Below, in pieces: positions 28,492-43,510 of a DNA stretch of 64,000 nucleotides. Positions within the stretch are counted from its first letter, which is position 1; each line of letters starts with the position of its first letter. Position numbers and translations under genes: made by a program. Origin of the DNA: Eledone cirrhosa (Eukaryota); NCBI GenBank assembly GCA_964016885.1, contig OZ024748.1, positions 7,254,001-7,318,000 of the forward strand, written 5' to 3'. A model generated the notes under the pieces. It saw only the letters and a program-made list of their open reading frames with translations, had not been told where the DNA came from and did not search any database.

Positions 28492-28715
28492 GTTCAGCTG
28501 GCCTTCTCCAAGGTATATGTCGTTGGAGGTGTCTTGGGTGATTTAATGATAGGGACCCCAGTCCTATCATCTCATTTCTACAGTTGAATAAACTAGAGCA
28601 ACGTGAAATAAAGTGTCTTGCTCAAGGAAAGAACACATCACCCGGTCCGAGAATTGAACTCACAACCTTTCGATTGCAAGCCCAATGCTCTAACCAATAA
28701 GCCATGAACCTTCAC
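28492..28715 (-). mobile_element. Second tRNA-derived SINE family (CORE-like ccttgagcaagacacttt block)
   Basis: A-box tggcttattggttagagc, B-box gagttcaattc; a related fragment lies at about 28255-28330. Confidence 0.75.
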
Positions 28716-29215
28716 TATTCGTATACTATTTAGGAATTAATATAAAACACCTTTTATACATAACTTCCAGATTTTACTATTTATAATCCAGTGTTCTGTT
28801 TCGTTCTGATGTATCACTGATTTATGGAGTCATTGTAAAAACAAAGAATGTTATACAAGGTCCCTTTTTTACCTTATATTACTGGCGTTTCAATATTGTT
28901 CTGGTCTTATCTTCAGTAGAAAAATATTTGCACTGGTGTTTACTTTCTGTAGACCGTCACGGGAATGTGGATTATGTTGCGATTTCTAATTGGTAGAGAA
29001 GTCAGACTCCAGACCTGAGATTTATGACCGTTGCTCATATATTTTTATTTGCAATCATGACATGGTTTAGTTATCCTAGTTTGTTTTAGTCATCAGGGGA
29101 TATATTTTGGTAGATTTCTTACTTTCTATCTTGCTATATGTTTCTCTATTAGTTTCTGATTAGGAATAATAAACGTTTACTTCTTTATAATATTTTTTTC
29201 ATTATTTATATGACA

Positions 29216-29374
29216 GACGGTGGATTGGCGGACACCATGATTTGACGCATAGAGTTATGGCCCTTGCCATTCTGAGTTCAAATCCCGCCGAGGTTAACTT
29301 TGCCTTTCATCCTTACGGGGCCGATAAAATAAAGTACCAGTAATGCACTGGCCTTGTGCCAAAAGTAGAAAATT
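29216..29374 (+). mobile_element. tRNA-derived SINE with small internal deletions
   Basis: Homologous to 24935-25118. Confidence 0.85.
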
Positions 29375-29736
29375 ATTTAAAACTCTGTGGCTTACATGAA
29401 CTCTCGTTAACGTTATGTGAACAATGGCCGTGAATGTGTGTTTGTCCAATCACATAAACTTTATAAAAGAGAGGCAAGGACGGTGAAAGCTAATATGTGG
29501 TAGTTCTACCCGATACTTTAATGACTAAATTATAGAGCTGAAGCAGTAATATCGATCTTGTTAGAGAAAAACATAAGACCTTTCAATTTTCAGAGAAATG
29601 AGAAGACCATTGTTTCTTCAGCAGAGTTACTTTGCTCAAGTCTAATAGCTCCCTAATTATCTATGTCACTCTCTCTTTCTAGCTATCTGTCTATCTTTCT
29701 ATCTACGTTTCTGAGACTTATACATACATATTTATC

Positions 29737-29993
<257 letters not shown>

Positions 29994-32425
29994 CCTCTCT
30001 ATAAATGTATATAATGTATGTATATGTATCTAGCCATATGTATATCTGAACATATATCTATTCTTCTATCTATTTAGTTATTCACAACGTCATGCTTCCT
30101 TGATTGTTCCTACCGCATACATACATACATACATACATACATACATACATACACATACATACATATATACATACATACATACCCACATACATATATACAC
30201 ACATAGATATATACATACATACATAGATATATACATACATACATACACATACATACACATACACACATACATACACACAAACATACATACATACAGACAT
30301 ATATATATAAGTACATACATACATACATACACATATACATACACATATACATACATATATACATACATCCATAAATACATACATACATACATATATATAG
30401 ATACACACATACACACACACACACATATACATACACACATACATACATACATAATACATACATATATACATACATATATACATACATACATAACTAGTTA
30501 GGAAATTACAAGTACAATCCATTAATGGAACAGTAAAAATATGTAAAACATTCCAAAAATGTTGCATCTAATAACTGAATATACACTTGTACAAAACATA
30601 TACACATGCACACATACAACTCAAAACATACCCATCCACACATACAATAACATCCATATCTACACATGCAGACATACATACATATCTACCTAGTTGATGT
30701 TGTGTAAATTCCAATGTGAGAGTCTTGTGTCTATGTTAGAAACCAACTCTCTCTCTATTGGGACAAATTTGTGAAATTATAAAACCAGAAGAATATACAT
30801 ACATGATACATACATACATACATACATACATACATACATACATACATACATAAACATGCATATATAGACGCATTATTCAATGAGTGAGTTTTTTATATCA
30901 TTTTTCCCCTTCAAAAACAACCTTTAAAACAAACCTCCATTTTTGCACCTAACACCTAAACGAAGGTTTCACTGATTTCAACGAGTAAGGTAATTTTCAC
31001 TCCATAAATTCTGGTAAAGCAGAATATTGCAGTTATTCCATTTTTTTGTATTCTTTCTTTATTTCTTTATCTATTCATTTATTCATCTATTTATTTATTT
31101 TGAGGCGGGGAACTAAAATTAATTATGGCATATAATGAGAGACAATTTTTCTGAGCATTTTTCAAGCTTATTTTTGTTTGTTATACACCATAAAATGAAT
31201 ATTCATTTAAGGCTTTATAATAAATTTTGAATGAGAACTGATTTCCCGCTCCCATCACCACCACCACCGTTATCATCATCATCAACAACACCACGAAAAA
31301 GGAAAACAACAATAATAATTATTATTATTATTCATACATCATGCTTAATCGGAAAAAGGTATTATAAATCCTTTTCTCAAATCCAGTAGGTTAACCGAAG
31401 AGCATAAAGATTACGATGGCGTTTTTAATCAAAAACTTCCTTTTTAGAAAATCATAAACCTGTTTCCACCATTTTAAAAAAAAGATTTCCATGCAACTTT
31501 TTTTTATATTCCAATATTTGCCAGTTTTGTTTAGTATTTTTTGTTGTTTTGTTTTTATCAATTTCCGTGTTTCTCTCCCCACCAAACACTTTGCTGCTTG
31601 TTGTGGCCTTTTAACTTTTATTTCCTCTTATTTTGATCCACAAAATGTCATCAATATTTTTAATACAAATTAATGTTTGTGTAATTTATTTAGTTTCACA
31701 TCAAATGGCTTCGTTTTCCCAATCTGTACATTTTCTGTACAGATTTTGTGTATTTATAAACATTACTCATACAATCACACACACACACGTGTGTGTGATT
31801 GTATGAGTGTGTGTGTATTTCTTTCTCTCCATCCCACTCTCTCTATATATATAGATATATATATAGATATATATAGATATATATATATATATAAATACTC
31901 GCATATACACACGCATACACACACACGTGTATATATATATATATATATATATATTGTGTGTGTGTATGTGTGTGTATCTGTGTCTGTACGTATAGAGAGG
32001 AAGAAAAATTAATTTCCAAGAACACATACAAATATATATGGAAGAGATCCCTTATATACGAACAAGATAGCTTACTCGGATTTCTATTAAGAATGTAAAT
32101 ACGAAAGACTCTCACATATATAGTGAGAAATTATGGTTTTTATACCATTGCACGCTATTTTCACGAGTAAGCTGTTCCGATGATCGACTGAACTGCAACA
32201 CTCGTCGTTGAAACCGATGGAGGTCCAACACTATGTCTCTCCGTTATTTTGTTTGTATGTATGTATGTATGTATGTGAATGTATGTATGTATATGTATGT
32301 ATATATATATATGAATGTATGTATGTATGTATAGATAGGTAGATAAAGAGAAACATACATACATACAAGTAATGTTAGAAAGTTAGATAGATGGATAGAT
32401 GGAAAAATAAAGAGATAGACAGACT

Positions 32426-32531
<106 letters not shown>

Positions 32532-33094
32532 CAAAAGCCTGCAAGTGAGCGAAAGATGATAGAAAATATGACAGAGCAATGAGGAATTGTACCAGCAAAG
32601 GAGATGAAATATAGCTTTCATTAACGGCCATTTTGTCCACGATAAACCATCATTGTTTAATGATGCTACAGGACGTCAGTTGTTATAGAAACATGTGGCA
32701 AGATGTAGAGGGTAGTAAACTATTATTTATACAGTATTTCATGATGAGCAGCTGGACAGTGATAATTCAAGGACGAGACACGAGGGATTCACCACTATTC
32801 AACTGTGTAAGTCACTCTTCCTTCATACCATGTTATGTTGAGAGATTAAGGCAGCTTTTGCAGCTGTAAAACAGTGGATGTTGTGAAAAGAAGTCGAAAT
32901 TTACTAAGTAGTGGTTGTAGATCTTTGTTTGAACGGTATGACATACCTAACGTATGCATCTATTACCTGCATCTCTCTCTCGCACTCTCTCTCGCACTCT
33001 CTCTCTCTCTCTCTCTCTCACTCTTTATCTAGCTTCCTTACTCTTTCTGTAAGCACATATATGAATGTATGTGTATGATGTCTATACACATATG

Positions 33095-33133
<39 letters not shown>

Positions 33134-33198
33134 GCATATGTAAATATATATACACGCATATGGAAATAATATGTATGTATGTATATTATATATATATA

Positions 33199-33317
33199 TT
33201 AAAGTTTTAATCTGCTATTTTAATAAATATTTGCTCTATGGTTTTATATATTTTGATATATATATTATCCTTATCGAGCCCTCTTCTGTTTTTAGTTTTC
33301 ACATTTATTATTATTAC
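33199..33317 (+). mobile_element. Family D element, collinear (non-inverted) copy
   Basis: Contains taatctgctattttaataaatatttgctctatgg...ccttatcgagccctc...atttattattattac in a single orientation, which defines the order of the family. Confidence 0.8.
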
Positions 33318-33370
33318 TATATATATATTATTACTTTATATATATTATTACTATATATTATTACTATATA

Positions 33371-33428
33371 TAAAGTACCAGTAATACACTGGGTAATTGC
33401 TGGCCTTGTGCCTAACGTACAAACAATT
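33371..33428 (+). mobile_element. SINE 3' fragment with probable target-site duplication (attattactatata)
   Basis: aaagtaccagtaat...gtacaaacaatt. Confidence 0.75.
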
Positions 33429-33433
33429 ATTAT

Positions 33434-33464
<31 letters not shown>

Positions 33465-34192
33465 CGTATATATATGTGTGTGTGTCTGTATTTTGTTAGT
33501 ATTTTGTTACTATATATATATATACATACCTATACCTATACTTTCAAACGTACAAACATACGTATATACATACATCCATGCATAGATAGCTATATAGATA
33601 TATATATAGATGCATACATACATACCTTCAGCGACACAAAATACACTGTACAGTCAGAGATATGATACCTTCACAATTGAAGCAGTAAAATATATATAAG
33701 CATTTGCTTGTCAGAAGGTAAGGTTTCTCTGACTGGCCACCCAGGTACGGGTCATAAACTGAGGAGATAGGACCTCTGTGATTGACGGGTATACCTTCAC
33801 AATAGGATCATTAACACCGACTTCAATTTAGAAGTATAACAATATATACACACACACATATATATATATACATATATATACATATACATATATATACATA
33901 TACATATATATACATATACATATATATACATAAACATATATATATATGTATACATATATACATATATACATATATACATATACATATACATGTATACATA
34001 TACATGTATACATATACATGTATACATATACATGTATACATATACATGTATACATATACATGTATACATATACATATATACATATACATGTATACATATA
34101 CATGTATACATATACATATATACATATACATATATATATATACATGTATATACACGCATATATATATATATATACACACATATATATATATA

Positions 34193-34242
<50 letters not shown>

Positions 34243-34275
34243 CACACATATATATATATACATGTATATACACGC

Positions 34276-34370
<95 letters not shown>

Positions 34371-34420
34371 CACACATATCATATATGTATTTTTTTAATT
34401 TATTTATATACATATATATA

Positions 34421-34498
34421 CAGGGTGTCCTAAATATGTATACACACTTCAATAGCATTCTAATAACAGGTGCGTATACATTTTCTGGGGACACCCTG
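34421..34498. mobile_element. 78-bp Tc1/mariner-type MITE
   Basis: TIRs CAGGGTGTCC / GGACACCCTG extending to about 25 bp; TA on both sides. Confidence 0.85.
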
Positions 34499-34744
34499 TA
34501 TGTGTGTATCTATTTATATATATATATATATAAATATATATGTATATATAGTTGTATATTTTTAGCCGCCGCAGCTCATCTCTGACAAAAACAAACAAAC
34601 AAATGATGGAAAGTGTTTCAACCGTGACCATCTTGTCTTTCATTCAGACAACAGTATCTAATGTATCCTTTGGCGGGTTTGGCTATTATTTCTAGCAAGA
34701 CAACCGACTACCTAAATGCCCCGTGTACCCAACTGTGTAGAAAT

Positions 34745-34870
34745 GTATGTAAAAGATAAACGCAAATAACAAAACAGTACAAGGAAATAACCTTAATATA
34801 ACGCTTAAAATAGCAGGAATTGAGTCTTAACGTTTCGGACGCTAGTCCTTCATCAGAAGATAGTGTTAGA
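34745..34870 (-). mobile_element. Family F hammerhead element
   Basis: Hammerhead followed by a tail (…gctattttaagcgtt…gtactgt…gttatttgcgtttatc) shared with 38863-38966 and 56452-56521. Confidence 0.65.
34825..34860 (-). ncRNA. Minimal type-I hammerhead ribozyme motif (Penelope-type)
   Basis: UCUU-CUGAUGA-A-GGAC-uagc-GUCC-GAA-ACGU-U|AAGA: stem I UCUU/AAGA; loopless palindromic stem III, which requires dimer folding. Confidence 0.88.
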
Positions 34871-35234
34871 AATGGAAGATAATAGAAAGTAAAGAGTTAT
34901 AAGAGGAAGGAACATGGAAAATAAGAAAAAAAAAATTAGGGGGATTATAGTTTGATGTATTCAACCTTCAATATATTACAGGAATTTCCTTCACCTTAAA
35001 TTCAAAGTCTTAAGGATGAAAGGTAAAGCTAACATCGGCAGTGTTTGAACCATCATAGAAAAAATAAAATCATGTTTTTTCTTAGGATTTTCAAATATTA
35101 TTTGGAACATAACCTAACAAATTTTCTCAAGGAATTTTATGATTAGAATATATATATATATATAAACAAGAGCAAGAATGAGGGGCTCATTCTACCGACA
35201 TGGATTAAAAAGGGCTGTCTGCATAATTGCAAGT

Positions 35235-35320
35235 CTTTCATCCTTACGGGATCGATGAAATAAAGTACCAGTAATGTACTGGGTTATTGCTGGCCTTGTG
35301 CCAAAAGTAGAAACAGTTAT
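35235..35320 (+). mobile_element. SINE 3' half
   Basis: ctttcatccttacggg...gtagaaacagtt. Confidence 0.8.
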
Positions 35321-35344
35321 TGTTCGAAAAACTCAGATTACATT

Positions 35345-35461
<117 letters not shown>

Positions 35462-36153
35462 TATATATATATATATATTATACAGAGAGAGTGAGAGAGA
35501 GAGAAAGAGGGGGCGGATGTAAATATATTAAATTTAACAGATTTGTAAGGTAGAACCGGGGGAAGTCTAAAAAGGTATTAGTATGAAAAGGGCTGATGCT
35601 AGATGGACATTATGGTCGTACACTTACAGCATTTACAAGTATGCGATATCAAAAGAATTACAACAACCACGACAACAAAAACATTGAAGCAAATGTTTCC
35701 AACATTACAACAATAACGATAGAAAAACTGCTGCAGCAGCAGCAACAACAAGAATATCAGTAATAAATAAAATAACAGGAATATCAACAACAACAACGAC
35801 AACACCAGCAACAACGACAGTAGTGCCAAGCCATGGTGTCTGTTATAAATTATCAGGTACAGAGAAGGAAATGCTGCTTGGCTACTTAATTTTAAAACTA
35901 CTTCAATAAAGACTAGTAAAATAATCACCTACGGAGAAATAGTCGAGAACTTTCTCGATATATTCACCTGCTCTCCACACCACATCTTAAATAACTACAC
36001 TTTCAGAGTCTGAATTATTATTTGTCTCTTCCAATTTTACGACGTGTCTCAACTTTAAGACGATCGTAAAATTCAATATTTCGTACGTGATGTTCTAGTA
36101 AAATCCAAGTCAACGGACAAACGAAACAACATACCAAATGAACAACACAGCAG

Positions 36154-36193
<40 letters not shown>

Positions 36194-36194
36194 A

Positions 36195-36255
<61 letters not shown>

Positions 36256-36337
36256 ATGTATATATATATGTATATAATATATATAACTATATATTTATGC
36301 ATATATGTATGTATGTATTTATACATATAAATATATG

Positions 36338-36411
<74 letters not shown>

Positions 36412-36474
36412 TTATCATACACAAAATGAACAACACAAAAGTAACTTATCTAGCGATATATATATATATATATC

Positions 36475-36615
<141 letters not shown>

Positions 36616-36634
36616 TAGATGAACAACTGTGTTG

Positions 36635-36745
36635 AAAAATGAAGGAAATGTACTCAATACACAGAGGAGAGAGTATATTCTATTTGATACCGAATCAACA
36701 AGAGTTAGGTTTAGGCTGTTTCGGTTTAACAATGATACGACAGAA
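36635..36745 (-). mobile_element. Divergent relative of families A/B
   Basis: Minus strand GAAACAG...TACTC-loop-GTATTGAGTAC-atttccttc. Confidence 0.5.
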
Positions 36746-36986
36746 GTAGCGAAGCAGTTCGACTACATAGAAGCCAAAATATTGTCAACCTACGAAATAT
36801 GATCAGTTAATAGTACTGTAAATTAGTCGCACATTTGCTTCTATTATTTTGATGTGCAGAACAGATGATGCAAGCAATTGTTTCATGTTCTTAATATCAT
36901 ATGCATAAAACACACAAAAGCACGATAGACGCCTATTTCTAATTATGGTAATTACGTTCTAGTGTTAATGAAGGTATGTTTAAATA

Positions 36987-37056
<70 letters not shown>

Positions 37057-37058
37057 GT

Positions 37059-37126
<68 letters not shown>

Positions 37127-37260
37127 TATGATTGTGTATAGAAGATTATATTAATAAAAGGAATTCCAACTTTGTCTGATTTACTCGTTTTATTTACAAT
37201 CCTTTAAAATTTATAATGGTATTAGAATGAAATGGTATGGTAGAATATTAAATGTTAAAT

Positions 37261-37297
37261 GAACAAATACTTTCATGCTTTCGCAATCTTCAGGTTC
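37261..37297 (-). ncRNA. Minimal type-I hammerhead ribozyme motif (family G)
   Basis: GAAC-CUGAAGA-U-UGC-gaaa-GCA-U-GAA-AGUAUU-U|GUUC: 4-bp stem I, GNRA loop II, near-palindromic stem III. Confidence 0.75.
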
Positions 37298-37469
37298 ATA
37301 TTGTGTGGTGACAGTCAAGTTTGCATATATATATACATATATACACACGTATATATATATATATATATATTTATAAAATTTATATAATATATATGCCCAT
37401 TAACACACGCACACACGTACATATATATATATAATAATTATATAATATGTATATATAAAAAATATATAT

Positions 37470-37650
37470 TATATATATATAAACGTATATATTATATATA
37501 ATATATATATAAACGTATATATTATATATAATATATATATAAACGTATATATTATATATAATATATATATAAACGTATATATTATATATAATATATATAT
37601 AAACGTATATATATTATATATAATATATATATAAACGTATATATATATAT
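37470..37650. repeat. 30-bp AT-rich minisatellite (atatatatataaacgtatatattatatata)
   Basis: About six units. Confidence 0.9.
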
Positions 37651-37823
37651 AATATATATATAAACACACATATATATATATATAAACACACACACATATA
37701 TATATATATAATATATATATAAACACACATATATATATATAGATATATATATATATATTTATATATATATAGATATATATATATATATTTATATATAGAT
37801 AGATAGATAGAGAGAGACAAAAA

Positions 37824-37919
<96 letters not shown>

Positions 37920-38862
37920 TGTATATATGTTGTATATATGTTCGGATATGGTAGACAATAATACAATAATAATAATAATAATAATAATAATGAAAATAAT
38001 AATAATAAGAAGAAGAAAGATATCAAGAAACACATAAGATGTATGAAAGGTATATTGTGAATATGGAAACATTATATATTAGTTATATACGCATGGTTTA
38101 AATTGTAAATGTAATTATATATGATGTATATATATTCATAGCCTTCTATTTAATATTCTTACGGGTAGCTAGAATGATATAAGCAGGATTACACAGCCAC
38201 GATATTGCATGAATATTTAGAATAATACGATACCAAAGAATATTATAGAATGCATATCATTAGAGATATGATATAAATGTAAAGAATATGCGATGCTATA
38301 AACGTTAAAAATGGATATGTATTACAGTGAGAGGATTATTATGAATATCAAATAGTTTGTGATATCAATGCAGTGGTTATATAATACCATGTTGTAATAA
38401 TACGTTGAATAATAATATAAGAATGGAGCAAAATCTGTAGAATGATGTGGTGAGTTGTATGAAATAAAGAATTGATATCTCATGAAAACTGGTTATGGAA
38501 TGCAATAGAAATTTGAATTTTATATCGAGAGATTGATATCAAAAGTGTTTTCACTTACTTTTGCCGACTCAGAATGGAATTCTTGGATATGCAAATGCTT
38601 CACATGTATAGCTCCGTCGCCAAAATTTCTGATTATATTCGTTGCCTGAAGAGAAAAAAAAATATACACCATAAGAATAAAATATTAGAATTTCTATTTC
38701 ATCATTAAATTACTTTCGTTGGCAAAGAAAAAAGTTTTAAAGCAGAAAAAGTAGGTAAATAAATTACTCTCTCTCATGCATATAATATATAAATATATAT
38801 ATAATATATATACATAATATATATATATATAGTATATATATAATATATATAAATATGTCTGT

Positions 38863-38966
38863 ATGTAAAAGGTAAACAGAAATAACAAAAGTTACAAGAC
38901 AAACGGCACAGTATATGGAAGAAATTTATTAGTAGTTTAACGCTTGAAATAGCAGAGAGAGAGTCA
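38863..38966 (-). mobile_element. Family F element truncated next to the predicted cleavage site
   Basis: aacgcttgaaatagcag...gagtc then (TA)n; aligns to 34800-34826. Confidence 0.6.
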
Positions 38967-39288
38967 TATATATATATATATGTATGTATATATATATATG
39001 TATATATGTGTATATATATATATGTATATATGTGTATATATATATGTGTATATATATATATGTATATATGTATATATGTGTATATATATATATGTATATA
39101 TGTGTATATATATATATGTATATATGTGTATATATATATATGTGTATATGTATATATGTATATATGTATATATGTGTATATGTGTATATGTGTATATGTG
39201 TATATGTATATATGTATATATGTATATATGTGTATATGTGTATATGTATATATGTGTATATGTGTATATATATATATGTATATATGTG

Positions 39289-39601
<313 letters not shown>

Positions 39602-39768
39602 GCGTGTGCGTCCCAACGCAAATGATTATAAAAGTAGACGATCACTAAAAATTAGAGGTCAGAAAACCGGGTAAAGTATCCCTTGATACAAGAAATATGG
39701 ACAGCTGTCTGTTATTTCTTGTTCTGAATAAATATCATTAAAAATCTTCAAAGCTGAACAGATTTTAC

Positions 39769-39938
39769 GGCAGGAGACCCAGGGGTAGACTTGAGCAAGA
39801 TGGTTGGATAACATCCATGAGATAGGCGGGTCTGACTTGGGGATCCCTTTGGATCAGTTGGAGCCGGTTGCTTCTAGCAGGTCCCGCTGGAAAGAGTGTC
39901 TGGGGACTCTGACCCTACGACCGTGTCAGGAAGAAGAA
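39769..39938 (+). mobile_element. RTE-clade LINE 3' end (frameshifted C-terminus)
   Basis: Translates GRRPRGR../RWLDNI....DLGIPLDQLEPVASSRSRW..., the typical RTE C-terminal G-x-R-x-R-G-R...R-W-x-D...A-x-x-R-x-x-W pattern, then gaagaagaa. Confidence 0.75.
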
Positions 39939-40360
39939 TACGACAAAGATAATATAACCGCAATAGGACCAAAAGAACCAATTGACCTGTACATGGCTCC
40001 GGTGGTCAGTTCCAGTATTAATAAGGAACATACGCTTTTAAAAAGTAAATTCTCAAAATGAGCAATATCAACAGGAAAGACATCAATTCCACGGAGCGAT
40101 AAATATTGGTGACACACACAAGAGAAAATAGAAAACAAGAATAAACTAATACAAATAACAAGGAATGTGAGTGTTAATAATAAATAAATGAAAAAGTGTT
40201 CATTATTCATAAAGAACAAATAATAGAAAAGTTATTTGTTTGAAGAAATTGAAAAGAGAAAATTACTGCGGAAAATCTCAAGACGGGTTTCTAGTTATCA
40301 ATCAACGGAAGGAAGATAGATAGGTATGTAGATAGGTAAATATACATTTTATATATATAT

Positions 40361-40438
<78 letters not shown>

Positions 40439-40663
40439 TTGGTTCCTTAAATCTTGTAATTAAAGCTAGGCGTGAATTCGTTCGATTGTCTTTTATGGTC
40501 GAAATATAAAATAAGTTACGTAAACAACAATAGCATATGATTACATGTATATATATATATACATATATATTATATATATGTGTGTGTGTGAGCGTGTGCG
40601 TGTGCGTGTGTGTGTATGCATACATATGGGTGTGTGTGCGCGCGCGTGTGTCTCTGTGTGTGT

Positions 40664-40793
<130 letters not shown>

Positions 40794-41436
40794 ATACATA
40801 TACATTATATATATAGAGAGAGAGGAATACGTTTACACCAAAAATATATCACTAGAAAGGAAACAAAAAAACAAGTCAAGAAAAAATGAAGATTTAAAAG
40901 GAAACCATTATGTGTGTATATATGTGTGAGCGTATGTGTGTATGTGTCTATGTGTGTATGCGTATGTATGTATATTGTGTGAGTGTATGTTTGTATGCGT
41001 ATGTATGTATATATGTGTGAGTGTATGTTTGTATGCGTATGTATGTATATATATGTGAGTGTATGTGTGTATCTGTTATTGGTTATGAAATCAGGTGTAT
41101 ACGTTGATTTGTTGAGAATATCTACATAAAATATTCAAAGTAGGTTTTGTATTGTCGAAGACAGAGCTAGAATGAAAAATCACACTTGTCTGCACCAATA
41201 TCCATCAAAATGGAGTTTCATTTACTCTTACCTTATTTTCACACATTTCGGTATTTTTTTTTTTTTTCTTGTATTTTGTTCTGTTATTTTTTTAAGCTTA
41301 TGTGTTAGTTGAAATTATCTGTTAGCTTGTATGCATGCGTATATATATAAATATATATATAAATATATATATAAATATATATATAAATATATATATAAAT
41401 ATATATATAAATATATATATAAATATATATATAAAT

Positions 41437-41483
<47 letters not shown>

Positions 41484-41716
41484 TATATATATAATTATAT
41501 ATAATTATATATATAATTATATATATATTCTCGCTTTTCATCTATCTCTGTTTATCTATCTATGTCGCACTCTCTTCTGCCCCTGGTGATGATCAGTGAC
41601 GCATCCATTTAGAGAGACAACCATACCACTGAGAGACATTATACATACATATATATATATATATACATACATACATATATATATATATATACATATATAT
41701 ATACATATATATATAC

Positions 41717-41768
<52 letters not shown>

Positions 41769-41778
41769 AATGTCTCTC

Positions 41779-41917
41779 AGTCTAGAAATAACCGTCGAGA
41801 CGGCTTGAGCTCTGCCGTCGGGTTCATACTTTTTCCTATTTCCCACTCTACAACCCTAAGTATTGAGTACTCTGGTGCGTTATGGTCCATCTGGTTCCTT
41901 ACCACAATTCCTTTGTT
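41779..41917 (+). mobile_element. Family A element
   Basis: Begins at agtctagaa (where CTGATGAG is truncated) and ends at the conserved 3' terminus. Confidence 0.85.
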
Positions 41918-42083
41918 ATATATATATATATGCATGTCCCCGTGTTTGTGTGTTTTCTAGCAGTTCGACAAAAAGAGATTGATAAAATAAGTTCGATTTA
42001 ACCGAAGAAGCCAAGGATGTGTCTCAGAATGACAACATTCTACTGTCTGAATCAAGTAATAATTATAGAATTAGGGATAAAAG

Positions 42084-42135
<52 letters not shown>

Positions 42136-42167
42136 TTATATATATGTATATATATATATATATATAT

Positions 42168-42360
42168 AACGAAGGAAATGTGGTAAGGAACCAGATGGAC
42201 CATAACGCACCAAAGTACTCAATACTTAGGGTTGTAGAGTGGGTAATAAGAACGAGTAGGACCCCGACGTCAGAGCTCAAGCCATTTCGACGGCTAATTC
42301 AGTCCAGAATTAGCCGTCGAAACGGCTTGAGCTTTGCCGTCGGGGTCATACTTTTTCCTA
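42168..42360 (-). mobile_element. Family A fold-back element with arms of two subtypes
   Basis: Arms around about 42300; one arm gaacgagtaggaccc, the other gggtcatactttttcc. Confidence 0.9.
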
Positions 42361-42376
42361 TATATATATATATATC

Positions 42377-42480
42377 TGAAAAACCACAGTAAGGTACTCA
42401 ATACATTATGAGAATGTTTAATATAGAAATAGCTTTACAGGACTAGAACCGTTTCATTTGAATGAAACAGTTCTAGACCT
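42377..42480 (-). mobile_element. Family B element
   Basis: gtactcaatac...acaggactagaaccgtttcatt / aatgaaacagttctag inverted pair. Confidence 0.75.
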
Positions 42481-42944
42481 AAAAGGTCGGGAGATCACAT
42501 AAAGGCTCCATCGTTTGGTTTCGTGAGTTTCATATAAATTCTGAGATGTATGACGATAATAAAGAAAACAGGATTAAATGAATAGAACAAGGAAGATGGT
42601 AAAGGTGGATGTGGGTGAGGTGGGGGTGTAAGGTGTGACCTGGGGTGTGGGGCACTTGGTTTGGTGAAGGGTGAGGCGATGGTGGGGATGTAGGGCGTGG
42701 GATGTCTTCATTAACTGCTCGGCATGTATATGTGGGGGTCTTGTGTGCATGGCTGCATCAATTTCGTGAATGCATGCATGTGTGGTGTGTCTGTGTGCGT
42801 GTGCGTGTGCGTGTGTATTTGCTTCTTCGTGTGAGTCTTATATTGTGAGTGTATATAAGTGTGTATATTTGCCGTCTTGTAAGTTTGCGGCATATATATA
42901 TATATATATATATATATGCTGAAAACTTACAACACGGCGAATAA

Positions 42945-43066
<122 letters not shown>

Positions 43067-43322
43067 AAGTTTTATGTGTTGCTTATATATATATATATGT
43101 ATACATATATATGAATATATGTACGTTTGTATGTATGTATGTATGTAAATATGTATGTATGTATGTATGTGTGTATATGTATGTGTACCTCTCCAAATTG
43201 CTGATCAGGGTGAATCAATGAACTGTAATTAATGCCAATTGATTAATTATTGGTGCCAGTTTTACCTGATTTACCAACAAATAAGTGCTCACTCCTCTTC
43301 CTCACCCCTCACCTCAACGCCA

Positions 43323-43510
43323 GCAAATTTGGGGAAGGAGAAAGTAGATTAAATCGGCCCCAATACATTACTGGTACTTTATTTTATCGACCCCGTAAAG
43401 ATGAAAGGCAAAGTTAACCTCGGCGGGATTTGAACTCAGATCATAAAGGGACATAACTCTTTGCTGCAAAGCATGGCGTCCGACCCTCTACCAATACTGC
43501 CAATCCACCG
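43323..43510 (-). mobile_element. tRNA-derived SINE
   Basis: A/B boxes and central block present. Confidence 0.9.

Noticed and set aside
28640-28715. tRNA gene
   Set aside because: tRNA-like SINE head without a complete cloverleaf; it continues into SINE body
28879-28920. CTGAAGA...GAAACGCC on the minus strand
   Set aside because: U16.1 is lost and stems I and II do not pair convincingly
32173-32230. CCGATGA..GAAACC..GGTC hammerhead-like string
   Set aside because: U4 is substituted and stem I is out of register; it resembles a common repeat tail, so the match is probably chance
38480-38660. Possible PLE endonuclease C-terminus followed by CTGAAGA
   Set aside because: No continuous ORF or GIY-YIG motif, and no stem II or GAAA
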